In this document: in pieces, positions 32,639 to 42,838 of the stretch
How positions within the stretch are numbered: the stretch's first letter is position 1
How the letters are laid out: the number at the start of each line of letters is the position of its first letter
From: Terriglobia bacterium
Lineage (GTDB): Bacteria > Acidobacteriota > Terriglobia > Acidiferrales > UBA7541
DNA length: 64,000 nucleotides
Assembly (NCBI GenBank): GCA_963695545.1
Contig: OY968796.1
Location: 2,208,001 to 2,272,000, forward strand
Direction: 5' to 3'
Position numbers and translations under genes: made by a program
Notes under the pieces: model-generated
What the model was told of the DNA's origin: nothing
Databases searched by the model: none
What the model saw: the letters and a program-made list of their open reading frames with translations, nothing else

Positions 32639-33307
32639 GTGCGCATTTCGACGAAGACCAGAGTTTTCGCGGTGCTGGCGGTCTCAGTACTGGCCGTGTC
32701 CGCTGCGGCTGCGCCTGGCTCCGTGGGAACTATGGGAGTCGTGTTGCAGGCCAGTAACGCCAATCTGAGCGGTTCGCCGGTAGTGACTGGCGCGACGATC
32801 TTCGGCGGCGATACTCTGGCCACGGACAACGCGGGCGAATTGCGCGCACGGTTTGGATCGTCGCAAATTTATCTGTTCCCCAATTCGACTGTGTCCGTCA
32901 GTCCGACTTCGAATGGTTTCAGTGCCGATTTGACGGGCGGATCGGTGCTTTTGTCCTCCGGTGCGGGAGAGACCTATCAGGTTCTAGCGGATGGCGCTGT
33001 CGTGCAGCCGAAGGCGAACGAGAAGAGTGTGGCCCAGATTTCCTGGGTCAGCCCGACCGAGCTAATGCTGTCCAGCCGACAGGGCGATTTGGAAGTGACG
33101 ATGGGCGACGAGACGAAGACGGTCGACGAAGGGTCGTCGTACCGGATGATGATCGCGCCTGCCTCGCAACCTGGCGCTCCCTCTCCGGCCCCGCCGGCGG
33201 CGGTCTCCGGTCAGAACCGTTTCTATTTCGTGGCAATCGTTGCGATAGCGGTGACGACCACAGTCCTGCTGGTTCGTGCGCACATCAGCACGCACGCGAC
33301 CGACTAG
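32639..33307 (+). CDS. Exported beta-rich (FecR-like) protein with C-terminal TM helix, paralog 1
   Basis: Signal peptide, GATIFGGDTLAT, Pro-rich linker, C-terminal hydrophobic helix; GGAGG RBS. Confidence 0.75.
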   Translation: MRISTKTRVFAVLAVSVLAVSAAAAPGSVGTMGVVLQASNANLSGSPVVTGATIFGGDTLATDNAGELRARFGSSQIYLFPNSTVSVSPTSNGFSADLTGGSVLLSSGAGETYQVLADGAVVQPKANEKSVAQISWVSPTELMLSSRQGDLEVTMGDETKTVDEGSSYRMMIAPASQPGAPSPAPPAAVSGQNRFYFVAIVAIAVTTTVLLVRAHISTHATD

Positions 33308-33332
33308 CCGATTGCCGAGCATAGATTTTGCG

Positions 33333-33365
33333 GGGCGGTCCGTATCCGGACCGCCCTTTTTTTTT
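33333..33365 (+). terminator. Intrinsic terminator
   Basis: GGGCGGTCCG-TATC-CGGACCGCCC followed by T9. Confidence 0.85.
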
Positions 33366-33495
33366 CGTTTACATCGTCTCGCCTGCGCGCGGCGTATTGG
33401 ATTGGTCGTGTCACTTTTCAGTTTCGCGTCGTTTTGCGAGACTGTGACGAGCGGGCGGGCGCTGTTCCGATCTGAACCAATCAAAAATAAGTGCG

Positions 33496-33524
33496 TTGAC
33501 AGGATTTGAGCGCGCACATAACGT
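33496..33524 (+). promoter_or_regulatory. sigma70 promoter, paralog 2
   Basis: TTGACA-N17-TAACGT. Confidence 0.6.
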
Positions 33525-33551
33525 GAATGCAAGCCTTGGTGGAGGCGCATC

Positions 33552-34226
33552 GTGCGCATGTTAACGAAGTCCGGAATATTCGCAGTGATTGCAGTGGCAG
33601 TCCTCGCGGCTTCTGCGGCGTCTGCACCAGTTCCCACAGCTTCGATGGGATCTATAGTGCAGGCCAACAATGCAAGTCTGAACGGATTGCCGGCGGTGAA
33701 TCGCGCCACGATCTCGAGCGGCGATACTCTGGCCACGGAGAACGCGGGAGCGCTGCGCGCGCAGCTCGGATCGTCGCAGATTTATCTGTTCGCGAATTCC
33801 AGCGTGTCTGTGAACCACACGGCAAGCGGATTCAGCGCCGACTTGGCTAGTGGATCCGTGCTTCTTTCCTCGGGCGCGGGCCAGACCTACCAGGTTTTGG
33901 CCGACGGGGCCGTCGTCCAGCCGAAGTCGAATCAGAAGAGCGTGGCTCAGATTTCCTGGGTGAGCCCAACCGAGCTGATGCTGACCAGCCGTCAAGGCGA
34001 TTTGGAAGTGACCATGGGTGCCGAGACGCAGACCGTGAACGAAGGCTCTTCTTACCGGATGATGATCGCGCCAGCCTCACAGCCTGGGGCTTCGCCTGCG
34101 GGGCAGCCGGCGTCGCCCTCGGGCGGAGGTTCGAGCGCGTTCTACCTGGTGGCCATCAGCGTGGTGGCGGCCGGGACGGGTGTCGCGCTGTGGCGCGCGT
34201 TTGAAAGCACGAGCTCAACCAACTAA
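33552..34226 (+). CDS. Exported beta-rich (FecR-like) protein with C-terminal TM helix, paralog 2
   Basis: Core nearly identical to 32639..33307 (SVAQISWVSPTELML, EGSSYRMMIAPASQPGA). Confidence 0.75.
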   Translation: MRMLTKSGIFAVIAVAVLAASAASAPVPTASMGSIVQANNASLNGLPAVNRATISSGDTLATENAGALRAQLGSSQIYLFANSSVSVNHTASGFSADLASGSVLLSSGAGQTYQVLADGAVVQPKSNQKSVAQISWVSPTELMLTSRQGDLEVTMGAETQTVNEGSSYRMMIAPASQPGASPAGQPASPSGGGSSAFYLVAISVVAAGTGVALWRAFESTSSTN

Positions 34227-34251
34227 CCGAGCATCCATCACAGATTGATAC

Positions 34252-34286
34252 GGGGCAGTCCGAAATCGGGCTGCCCCATTTTCTTT
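34252..34286 (+). terminator. Intrinsic terminator
   Basis: GGGGCAGTCCGA-AA-TCGGGCTGCCCC followed by a T-rich tract. Confidence 0.7.
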
Positions 34287-34437
34287 CTCGCGCGGCGATT
34301 TTGCGGCCTCGCGACGATAGGCCTCCGCTCGCGACGCGCGCGCAGTGCGGAGCACCTGTACTGTCGGGCAATGTGGCAATTTGGGCATTGCGCGGCAACG
34401 CGATCGGGGCGAGGCGCCGTCCAATTGCTAAAATTGC

Positions 34438-35925
34438 ATGATGCGATACTGGCCCCTACGTTTCCTGGCGGCGCTGACGGCCATTGTTGCGGCCGCCACG
34501 CTGGCGCCCGGCTTACTGGGCGACACGATTGTGCTGAAGAATGGCCGGCACATCGAAGCGGATAACGTGGAAGTGCGCGACGGCTGGGTGAGCTACGACA
34601 CGCCGGCTGGTCGAATGAGCCTGCCTGATTCCATCGTGGCGCACATCGTGCGCGAACCCCAAGGGCAGGGCGCGAGCACGGGTTCAGGTTCTGGGACTGC
34701 GACGGTGAACGAACACGCGGCGAACCTGGCGATCGCCCCGCCGGATAGCTTGGCGTCCACCGCTTCGACCAACGAAGCTGGGCGCGCGGCAGTGCACGAC
34801 GGCGCGGTGGATCGCGATGCGCTGTTGCGCATGGAATCAGAAGCGCAAGGCGGCGATGCGACAGCGGTGGCTCGCGTAACGGTGGCGCTTTCGGCCGCGG
34901 CGCAATTCGAGGTGGGCCACGGACAGCTCGACGAGGCGCTGGACGATTATCGCGAGGCGCTGGGATTCGCGCCGAACGACCTTACGCTGCTTCTCGACGC
35001 AGGCTACCTGCACCTAAAGCGCAGCGAGTACTCGGCCGCGCTCGACGTACTGGATCATGCGTTCAGCGTTTCGCCCGATTCGCCGGAAGTTGCCAAGCTG
35101 CGCGGCTGGGCTTACTACGGGCTGAGCCGGATCGAGGCGGCTGTGGCGGAGTGGCAGCGCTCGCTCGATTTGAAGCCTGATCCGGAAGTGCAAAAAGCGC
35201 TGGATAAGGCTACGCGTGACGTGCAAGAGGAAGCGGACTACCGCGAGAACGAAACCGCACACTTCATTTTGCGCTACAACGGCGACGCGACGCCGCAACT
35301 GGCCACCGAGATTTTGCACGCGCTCGAAGACGACTTCAGCGAAATCAGCAACACGCTCGACTACACGCCACCGGAACCTATCAGCGTGGTGCTCTACACC
35401 AATCAGGAATTCACGGACATCACACGCGCGCCGAATTGGGTGGGCGCGCTGAATGACGGACGCATCCGGATCCCCGTGGATGGGCTGGGCACGGTGACGG
35501 ACGCGCTGGCGCATGTGTTGAAGCACGAACTAACGCACAGTTTCCTAACGCAAAAGACGCACGGACTTTGCCCGGTTTGGCTGCAGGAGGGAATTGCGCA
35601 ATACATGGAAGGCAAGCGAAGCGGTGCGGCGGCTGCGTCGCTCGTGGCAACTTTCAATGACCACATGGATGTTTCGCTGGCTTCATACGAAGGGTCGTGG
35701 CTGAATCTCGAGCCCGACGCGGCGACGGCGGCGTATGCGTGGTCGCTCGCGAATGTCGAGGCGATTATCGCGATCGACGGGATGGGTCAATTAACGCTGG
35801 TGCTCGATAAGATTGCCGCGGGTACGGCGACCGAAGACGCCCTGCGCGCGGTGCTGCAGATGAGCTATAGCGATTTGGCAATGAGCACGGCTGGATATCT
35901 TCGCCGGACATATCTCGATAATTGA
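34438..35925 (+). CDS. TPR plus peptidase MA-like (gluzincin) protein, secreted
   Basis: TPR helices, HELTH and WLQEGIAQY zinc motifs. Confidence 0.82.
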   Translation: MMRYWPLRFLAALTAIVAAATLAPGLLGDTIVLKNGRHIEADNVEVRDGWVSYDTPAGRMSLPDSIVAHIVREPQGQGASTGSGSGTATVNEHAANLAIAPPDSLASTASTNEAGRAAVHDGAVDRDALLRMESEAQGGDATAVARVTVALSAAAQFEVGHGQLDEALDDYREALGFAPNDLTLLLDAGYLHLKRSEYSAALDVLDHAFSVSPDSPEVAKLRGWAYYGLSRIEAAVAEWQRSLDLKPDPEVQKALDKATRDVQEEADYRENETAHFILRYNGDATPQLATEILHALEDDFSEISNTLDYTPPEPISVVLYTNQEFTDITRAPNWVGALNDGRIRIPVDGLGTVTDALAHVLKHELTHSFLTQKTHGLCPVWLQEGIAQYMEGKRSGAAAASLVATFNDHMDVSLASYEGSWLNLEPDAATAAYAWSLANVEAIIAIDGMGQLTLVLDKIAAGTATEDALRAVLQMSYSDLAMSTAGYLRRTYLDN

Positions 35926-35968
35926 CGCGCGCTCGATCGTGAGCCGCAGCGCGCTTCGCCGATTTCCT

Positions 35969-37144
35969 CTACAACTCAAGTAGCAACGCCGCCAGGAGCG
36001 CTGCGCGCTCCGGCAGCGAGCGCAGAAGTATGAATTCGCCGGGGCTGTGCGCGCCGCCGCCTACGCCGCCCATGCCATCGAGCGTGGGAACGCCGATGGC
36101 CGCCGTGAAGTTTCCGTCGGAGCCGCCTCCGGCGGAGCAGTGGCCGACGTTCACTCCCATTTTCCGCGCGACGCGCTCGGCGCGCGCGTAAAGCGCTTTG
36201 CTCATGCGCGGTTCGAGAGGCGCGCGATTGAAGCCACCGCGCACGGTGAGTTTCGCGCCGGGCAGAATCGGGCGCAACGCGCGCAGGCTACGCTCGAGCG
36301 AGCGCATGGCGCGGAGACTTGGCGCGCGCAGATCCACGAGCGCGAAGGCGCGATCCGGAATAACGTTTGAGCGCGTGCCGCCGTGGATCACACCGGCGCT
36401 CACGGTGACTCCGCGGCCGGGCTGATTGAGGCGCTGCAAACGCGCGATCTGCAGCGACAATTCGAGGGCGGCATTGATTCCGTTTTGCGGATCGAGGCCA
36501 GCGTGCGCGGCGCGGCCCTCGACTTCGAGGGTTACCTCGCCGACGCCTTTGCGCGCGATTTTTAGATCGCCGCGCGCACCTCCGGCGGGTTCGAGCACGA
36601 GCGCCGCGCAACTTGCGCGCGCTTGGCGCTCGATCGCGGCGCGCGAGCTGCGGCTGCCGATTTCTTCGTCGGGCGTCCACAGGCAAACGATCGGGCGGCG
36701 CGGACGTAGCTTCAAGGCGCGCAACGCTTCGACGGCAAAAAGCGCGATCACCAGGCCGCTCTTCATATCGAACGCGCCGGGACCATAAGCGCGGCCGCCA
36801 CGTATTCGGAAAGGCGTCTTCTGAAGCGTTCCAATTTCATACACGGTGTCGAGGTGACCGAGCAGGAGAATCGGAGCGTTACCGCGCGAGCCGGCGGGGC
36901 GCCATTCGGCGCGCACTTGATCGCCCGCAGGGGATTGGCGCAGAAGGCGCACGCCGGCGCCTCGGCGGCGCCACTCCGCAGCCACGATGCGGGCCAAGCG
37001 ATCGAGCGCAGGCTTGTCGGTGCTTGGCGATTCGGCGCACACGAAACGCGCGAGCGTGCGCGTCATTCGCGGCGCGTGGCGGCGAAGCTCGGCAAGCAAG
37101 GCGCGCGGGACGGCGGCGGTTGCAGTTTTGCGCTTGGTTTTCAT
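35969..37144 (-). CDS. M20 family metallopeptidase (glutamate carboxypeptidase-like)
   Basis: GHLDTV, DMKSG, DEEIGS, AHAG, GGSDGN, GAHS. Confidence 0.9.
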   Translation of the reverse strand: MKTKRKTATAAVPRALLAELRRHAPRMTRTLARFVCAESPSTDKPALDRLARIVAAEWRRRGAGVRLLRQSPAGDQVRAEWRPAGSRGNAPILLLGHLDTVYEIGTLQKTPFRIRGGRAYGPGAFDMKSGLVIALFAVEALRALKLRPRRPIVCLWTPDEEIGSRSSRAAIERQARASCAALVLEPAGGARGDLKIARKGVGEVTLEVEGRAAHAGLDPQNGINAALELSLQIARLQRLNQPGRGVTVSAGVIHGGTRSNVIPDRAFALVDLRAPSLRAMRSLERSLRALRPILPGAKLTVRGGFNRAPLEPRMSKALYARAERVARKMGVNVGHCSAGGGSDGNFTAAIGVPTLDGMGGVGGGAHSPGEFILLRSLPERAALLAALLLEL

Positions 37145-37284
37145 GTACGATGGCCGCCCGAGATGCTGAGGCGACGCAGGCATTATGCCACTTATTGTTG
37201 GCAGCGAAGCGCGGGGCGACCAGGGATGGCGCCGTTTCGCGGGCGCAGGGTCGCGGACTGTGCTTTAGAAATAAATGGCCTGCG

Positions 37285-37599
37285 ATGAATCTGGAAAAAA
37301 GTCGCGCGGGTAATTTCAATTTGAGCGGGCACACGGCGATCGTTACCGGAGCGGCCACCGGAATTGGCGAAGCTATTGCGCGCCGCCTCGCGAGTGCGGG
37401 CGCAACGCGCGGGCCTACGAACGCCGCACGCTTCAGTGGTAACGACACAGTGGGGAGCGTACAGAGTCTCCCGGTCTCTGCGGTAAGACAACTCGAATTG
37501 GTAAATCGTGATCGAGATATTGCGGACGCTGTAAAACACCTCGCGTCCGCACTCGGTCGCTGGTACTACCCAATTCGATTTCGCAGGCCGTGGCTGTGA
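37285..37599 (+). pseudogene. Truncated short-chain dehydrogenase remnant at island boundary
   Basis: TAIVTGAATGIGEAIARRLASAGA Rossmann start, catalytic core absent, DIADAVKHLAS resembles an SDR C-terminus. Confidence 0.6.
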
Positions 37600-37699
37600 T
37601 GTAGACTCTTTCGCTGGAACTGGTGCAAAAACTCGGGGTGGTGGCCACAGCTGTTTCTTGTCGACGACCAGCTTTGACTACTGCAAGTCTGCAAAGACG

Positions 37700-38368
37700 A
37701 TGAAACCGCAACGGAATATTACTGCCCTCCGCGACCTGGTCCGGGATCGGATTCAACGCAATATCGACGTCAAGCGCGCGTTGCTGGCCGATGTCGGTTT
37801 TCAAGATCAAGTAGCACAGGTCGCGGCGCGAATTGTGAAGTCGCTTCGCGCGGGTGGCAAGGTGATCTTCTTCGGCAACGGTGGAAGCGCCGCCGATGCG
37901 CAACATCTGGCCGCGGAATTCACGGGACGCTATGTGAAGGAACGTCGGGCGCTCGCGGCGATTGCGCTCAATACGAACTCTTCCTCAATGACGTCGATCG
38001 GCAACGATTATGGATTCGATTTTGTGTTCGCGCGTCAAATCGAAGCGCTGGGCAAAGAGGGAGATGTCGCGATTGGCATTTCAACCAGCGGAAATTCGGG
38101 CAATGTGCTTCGAGCCCTCGAATCTGCAAAATCGAAATCGATGTATACGGCCGCTCTGACCGGTGCATCCGGTGGAGCGGTGAAAAATATTGCGGATTGC
38201 ACGATTTGCATTCCTTCGGAAGAGACTCCTCGAATTCAAGAGTGTCATGTGCTCGCCGGTCACCTGATCTGTGAAATTGTGGAATTACTGCTCTTCGGGT
38301 CGCCCGACGTGGAATTCGCTGAAGCTGGTGGCGCGGCGGCGCGGCGTCGGGTCTCGAATCCGAAATAA
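37700..38368 (+). CDS. gmhA: D-sedoheptulose 7-phosphate isomerase
   Basis: GNGGSAADAQHLAAE, NDYGF, ISTSGNS, RIQECH. Confidence 0.92.
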   Translation: MKPQRNITALRDLVRDRIQRNIDVKRALLADVGFQDQVAQVAARIVKSLRAGGKVIFFGNGGSAADAQHLAAEFTGRYVKERRALAAIALNTNSSSMTSIGNDYGFDFVFARQIEALGKEGDVAIGISTSGNSGNVLRALESAKSKSMYTAALTGASGGAVKNIADCTICIPSEETPRIQECHVLAGHLICEIVELLLFGSPDVEFAEAGGAAARRRVSNPK

Positions 38369-38527
38369 GGAGCCGCGGGAACCAGCGGAAACGAAAGGGT
38401 GGGTGCTGGAAACTCTCTCGCGAGGCGCCACGAAATAGCTTAGGTTGCTAGGTCAGTCAGCGAAAGCTGCACACCTAATAATTGAGCGAGTCAGTCCGTC
38501 CGTAATGCTTTCGTTCGCACATGATTT

Positions 38528-39157
38528 CTAGAGTGGATAGCGGCCACGTGCCCAGATGATCGAGCGATTCACCATTGAGAGCGGAAAGATAGTTGGGCGC
38601 ACGACGTCGACGAAGAGCACTACGCGATAACCCTCCGTGTCGTTCCAGACTTCGTGCTCGTTGCTATCGTCGAAGATCATGCTTTTTCCCTCCTGCCAAC
38701 AGGCCACGTCGTGTCCGACGCGAATTCTGCAATTGGCTTCGGGCTGTGGGATCAGCAGTCCAAGGTGGTAGCGCAGCACGCCTTTGTAAGGGCCGCGGTG
38801 CGGAGGTATATGCTTGTGGGGCGACAGGATCGAGAACATCGCGCTCTTCATACCCGGAATGGTATGCAGCAATCGCACGGTCTCTGGGCACCGCTCGCAG
38901 TTCTCCTTGAACTTATTGCCAAACGAATAGAAAAGGAACGTCTTCCACTGGTCTCCTTCGGTGAGAGCAGCCTGCGCCTTCGAAACATCCTGGAAGTTCG
39001 GTATGTCCTCGCGGCGCACCATCAGCGCGTCTAATTCCCTGCGGATGGTTTTCCATTCAGACTCTATCCCGGCGACCCAGGGGAAGGTGTCTGTCTCGAA
39101 GAATGTCTTGTCCCCGTCACGATAGAAAAGCACTTTTTCTACGATATCTCGGACCAT
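38528..39157 (-). CDS. Aspartyl/asparaginyl beta-hydroxylase domain protein (LpxO-like, Fe/2OG)
   Basis: AMFSIL, HIPPHRGPYKGVLRYHLGL, FDDSNEHEVWN, RVVLFVD. Confidence 0.88.
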   Translation of the reverse strand: MVRDIVEKVLFYRDGDKTFFETDTFPWVAGIESEWKTIRRELDALMVRREDIPNFQDVSKAQAALTEGDQWKTFLFYSFGNKFKENCERCPETVRLLHTIPGMKSAMFSILSPHKHIPPHRGPYKGVLRYHLGLLIPQPEANCRIRVGHDVACWQEGKSMIFDDSNEHEVWNDTEGYRVVLFVDVVRPTIFPLSMVNRSIIWARGRYPL

Positions 39158-39582
39158 ATTCTCCTCCTCACATCGGTGGCGGAACAGATTTCTCCCGGGT
39201 GGCCATGTCGGGCTCTTCTACGCGGGGGCGTGAGACAGTGTATATCACATTCTGAAGCTCTGAAACCGCGGTGGTCCAGAACTCTGACCGTTCGGCGCTC
39301 GGGGGCGGGGAGAGGCCAGAAAGGCCACCTTTCCGCAAGGGCACTGGGTGGTCGACCCGTGAACACGGTGTTAAAGGGATGTCGCTGGACCGGGACGGTA
39401 TAGTGCGGCGGGCGAACGCTTTGGCAAATCGTGGCAAGAGTTTTCACTTATTTTCGGTTAACGCCTCATCTGGGCTGTCGGCGAGCGGGTGTGGGCGACA
39501 CGCGTAGCTACTAAGCTTCTTGTTTTCAGGCACTTGGAATATTATCGCCCCAGGCCATCCTGGCGCGCTCTGGGTCGGAGTC

Positions 39583-39598
39583 TGGCAGGCGGGTTGCG
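39583..39598 (+). promoter_or_regulatory. Candidate sigma54 -24/-12 promoter
   Basis: TGGCAG-GCGGG-TTGCG (GG-N10-GC). Confidence 0.5.
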
Positions 39599-39629
39599 AG
39601 AGAGTACTGCAAGAAGGTGGCGTCTTAAT

Positions 39630-39641
39630 GGCGGTAGCCTA
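39630..39641 (+). promoter_or_regulatory. ops-like antitermination loading site
   Basis: GGCGGTAGCCTA versus RfaH ops GGCGGTAGnnTG, in the leader of the NusG-paralog gene. Confidence 0.5.
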
Positions 39642-39700
39642 CTTGGACCCCGATTCGACCGGTTCCGAGAGAAGTATTTAGAGGGAGCCACTGGGTCACG

Positions 39701-40273
39701 ATGGAACTCGAAATGGGAAGCCAGAGCTGGTTCGCGGTTCAGGTGAGGACTCGCTGGGAGGCCTCCACGGCCTTGCTGCTTTCCGGCAAGGGCTACGAAA
39801 CCCTGCTACCTACCTATAAGACTAAGAAGCGCTGGAATGGAAGGCTGAGAGAGGTCAACGCGGCGCTATTCCCGGGTTACGTGTTCTGCCAATTCGATGC
39901 TCAGAAGCGGCTACCCGTCCTAGTCACGCCGGGCGTGATTTCAGTGGTGGGCTCCGGCCGAATCCCTATTGCGGTGGCGGACACCGAAATCGCCGCGATC
40001 CAAACAGTTGTTTCGTCGGGTCTGCGCGCGGAGCCATGGCCTTACCTTGAACTGGGGCAAAGAGTTCGAATCGAGCGCGATGCGCTAGAGGGCCTGGAAG
40101 GAATCCTGATTAATTTTAAGGGCAATCATCGACTGGTGGTGTCCGTAACGCTGCTTCGGCGTTCGGTGGCTTTGGAAGTTGACCGTTCTTGTGTGAGATC
40201 TGTCGGCCCGAGTCGATCGACGGTACTTGAGCCGATTGCTTCTCGTTCCATGCTGCAAGGAGTGGTGGCCTAA
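39701..40273 (+). CDS. NusG paralog antiterminator (UpxY/RfaH-like)
   Basis: WFAVQVR, LFPGYVFC, C-terminal KOW (GQRVRI...LEGIL). Confidence 0.9.
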   Translation: MELEMGSQSWFAVQVRTRWEASTALLLSGKGYETLLPTYKTKKRWNGRLREVNAALFPGYVFCQFDAQKRLPVLVTPGVISVVGSGRIPIAVADTEIAAIQTVVSSGLRAEPWPYLELGQRVRIERDALEGLEGILINFKGNHRLVVSVTLLRRSVALEVDRSCVRSVGPSRSTVLEPIASRSMLQGVVA

Positions 40274-40395
40274 GTCGACGTTCGATCTTGGGAATTGGTT
40301 AGAGTTGGCCGTCGCGGCGAAGATTCTTTTCTGGTCCGAAATCTTCGGCGACTTAGAAAGGTCTGAGCGTGGGCACTGCAATTGGAAATGGGAAT

Positions 40396-41568
40396 ATGGT
40401 AATTCCTCCGCACGGAAATCAAGGCTCGCAAAAGGGAAGAGGCCGCAAGGCATTGTCGCGCTTTGGCCACTTGCCGGCTGGGTCGAGAATCGTTCTTAAC
40501 GAAGACGCCTTCCACGCAATGCTGACGATCGAACGCCGGCGAGCGGAACGTTCCGGCAAGCCATTCGTTCTGATGGTCATCGACTCCCAAGCGGTGCACA
40601 AGAACGGGAACGCGGCAAGCTTCGCTGCGCAACTCACTTCTGTCGTTTCCAACGCAACGCGCGAGACGGATTTCGTAGGCTGGTACGCCGAGGGCAGTAG
40701 TCTCGGCGTGATATTTACGGAAATTAATCTAGAGGGAACGAACTCCGTAGCCGACGTCCTGCAGTCCAAGATCACCGCGGCACTGCACGATCATCTCGAT
40801 CAGAAGATCGCAGCTAGCCTCGTGGTCACCGTTCACCTATTTCCGGAAAGCTGGGATAAGGGTTTCCCAGATCGAGTGGCAGACGTCAAACTTTATCCGG
40901 ATCTTTCCCAGAAGGCGTCAAAAAAGCGGCTTGGGATGATTGTGAAGCGCGCGATTGATATTATGGGCGGCGCGCTGTTGCTGATCGCGCTCGCGCCGGT
41001 TCTGGGGATCGTCGCACTGGCAATCAAGCTTTCCTCCAAGGGGCCCGTTCTATTTAGTCAGGACCGGCTAGGTCAATTCGGAGAAGGCTTCAAGTGCCTG
41101 AAGTTTCGTACGATGTATACAAACAACGATCCAAAGCTCCATCGTGAATTCGTACAGCAATTCATCGCCGGAAAGATGGAGAACGAGAACAAGGATGAGA
41201 CCGGGCCCACGGTTTATAAGATTACAAATGATCCACGCGTGACCTCGGTTGGAAGATTTCTCCGCAAGACGAGTCTGGATGAGTTTCCCCAATTCTGGAA
41301 TGTCTTGCGAGGCGAAATGTCTCTGGTGGGCCCCCGCCCACCGGTTCCATACGAATTCGAAGTGTACGATTTCTGGCATCGGCGTAGAGTCCTCGAAGTG
41401 AAGCCAGGCGTCACAGGGTTGTGGCAAGTGAGTGGCCGGAGCAGCACATCTTTCGATGATATGGTCCGGCTTGACTTGCAGTATTCCCGAAGCTGGTCGC
41501 TGTGGCTCGATGTAAAGATCCTACTGGCTACTCCGCGCGCGGTTTTCACTGGTGACGGTGCTTTCTAA
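40396..41568 (+). CDS. Priming sugar transferase (bacterial sugar transferase domain)
   Basis: [59 protein letters not shown]. Confidence 0.92.
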   Translation: MVIPPHGNQGSQKGRGRKALSRFGHLPAGSRIVLNEDAFHAMLTIERRRAERSGKPFVLMVIDSQAVHKNGNAASFAAQLTSVVSNATRETDFVGWYAEGSSLGVIFTEINLEGTNSVADVLQSKITAALHDHLDQKIAASLVVTVHLFPESWDKGFPDRVADVKLYPDLSQKASKKRLGMIVKRAIDIMGGALLLIALAPVLGIVALAIKLSSKGPVLFSQDRLGQFGEGFKCLKFRTMYTNNDPKLHREFVQQFIAGKMENENKDETGPTVYKITNDPRVTSVGRFLRKTSLDEFPQFWNVLRGEMSLVGPRPPVPYEFEVYDFWHRRRVLEVKPGVTGLWQVSGRSSTSFDDMVRLDLQYSRSWSLWLDVKILLATPRAVFTGDGAF

Positions 41569-41771
41569 TGTTCGGGGAAGATGTTTCTTCGTCAATACCG
41601 ACTCTCCGAAACCGTTTAGCTGATTTACCCTGTTGAACCTTTCCCACATGCCGTTCGGGCGCGGTGTTCTGAGGTCGCCTAGGACGGTCCAATCGCTCCC
41701 AAGTCGAGTCGCCTCGATCCAGGCGCCAAGATTTAATCATTCAGTCTTTCTCCGCAGAGTAAAGAGGGAAC

Positions 41772-42773
41772 ATGATTCGAGTAGGTGTCATCGGTTATGG
41801 ATACTGGGGCCCGAATATCGTTCGGAACCTTCACGGATTGGACTCAACGCGGGCCGAGATGGTTTGCGACAAGAGCCCTGCCGCGCTGGCGCGCGCGCGG
41901 AGGGCCTATCCAGGTATTCGAACAGTTTCCGATCCAGGGGAGATACTGCGTTCTCCGGACATCGACGCGGTCGCGGTGGTCACGCCTGTTTGGACTCACT
42001 ACGAGCTGGCAAAACAAGCGCTTGAGAACGGGAAGCACGTTTTTATTGAGAAGCCGTTCACATCCACCTCCGCTCAAGGCGAAGAGCTGATCGAACTCGC
42101 GGCGCGGAAGAAGCTTACGATCATGGTGGACCATACATTCTTATTCACCGGAGCAGTGCGCAAGATCCGCGAGTTAACCGAGAGCGGGTCTCTCGGCGAT
42201 CTGTACTACTACGATTCGCTGCGCATAAACCTTGGCCTGTTTCAGCATGACGTTAGCGTGATATGGGACTTGGCACCGCACGATCTGTCCATCATGGACC
42301 ACATCATTAAGGGTCAGCCTGAGGCCGTGGTGGCCACGGGCGAGAGGCACTTGAACGGCGTGGAAGACGTCGCGTTCATGACGATCTATTTCCCGCGAAA
42401 TGTGATTGCGCACATCAACGTCAACTGGCTCTCGCCGGTGAAGATCCGGACCACGCTCATCGGCGGCCAAAAGAAAATGCTCGTTTGGAACGACCTGGTA
42501 GCCGATGAAAAAATACGCGTCTACGATAGGGGCGTTACCATTGATTCGGGAGAAGGCATTCGGGATCTTCTTGTGAGCTATCGCACGGGCGACATGTGGG
42601 CGCCGCAGGTGGAACAATTGGAGGCGTTGCACGTGGAGATGGACTATTTTGCGGACTGCATTATGAACAACAAGACCCCCTTCAACGACGGTCACGCCGG
42701 GCTGCGCGTCGTGCGAATGCTGGAAGCGGCGGAAGCTTCGATTCAAAAAAGAGGCGAATTGGTCCGCCTGTGA
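41772..42773 (+). CDS. Gfo/Idh/MocA oxidoreductase (NDP-sugar dehydrogenase-like)
   Basis: VIGYGYWG, HVFIEKP, WDLAPHD. Confidence 0.9.
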   Translation: MIRVGVIGYGYWGPNIVRNLHGLDSTRAEMVCDKSPAALARARRAYPGIRTVSDPGEILRSPDIDAVAVVTPVWTHYELAKQALENGKHVFIEKPFTSTSAQGEELIELAARKKLTIMVDHTFLFTGAVRKIRELTESGSLGDLYYYDSLRINLGLFQHDVSVIWDLAPHDLSIMDHIIKGQPEAVVATGERHLNGVEDVAFMTIYFPRNVIAHINVNWLSPVKIRTTLIGGQKKMLVWNDLVADEKIRVYDRGVTIDSGEGIRDLLVSYRTGDMWAPQVEQLEALHVEMDYFADCIMNNKTPFNDGHAGLRVVRMLEAAEASIQKRGELVRL

Positions 42774-42838
42774 GCGATTAGTTCCGCGTCGCGACGAATG
42801 CAACTCTTGCCAGAGATGCTAAGCTGTTCGATGTCTAG
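42770..42838 (+). pseudogene. Decayed 5' remnant of a hexapeptide acetyltransferase
   Basis: GTGA-coupled start reads VSD*FRVATNATLARDAKLF, like the N-termini of WbpD/WlbB-type genes that usually occupy this position. Confidence 0.4.
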
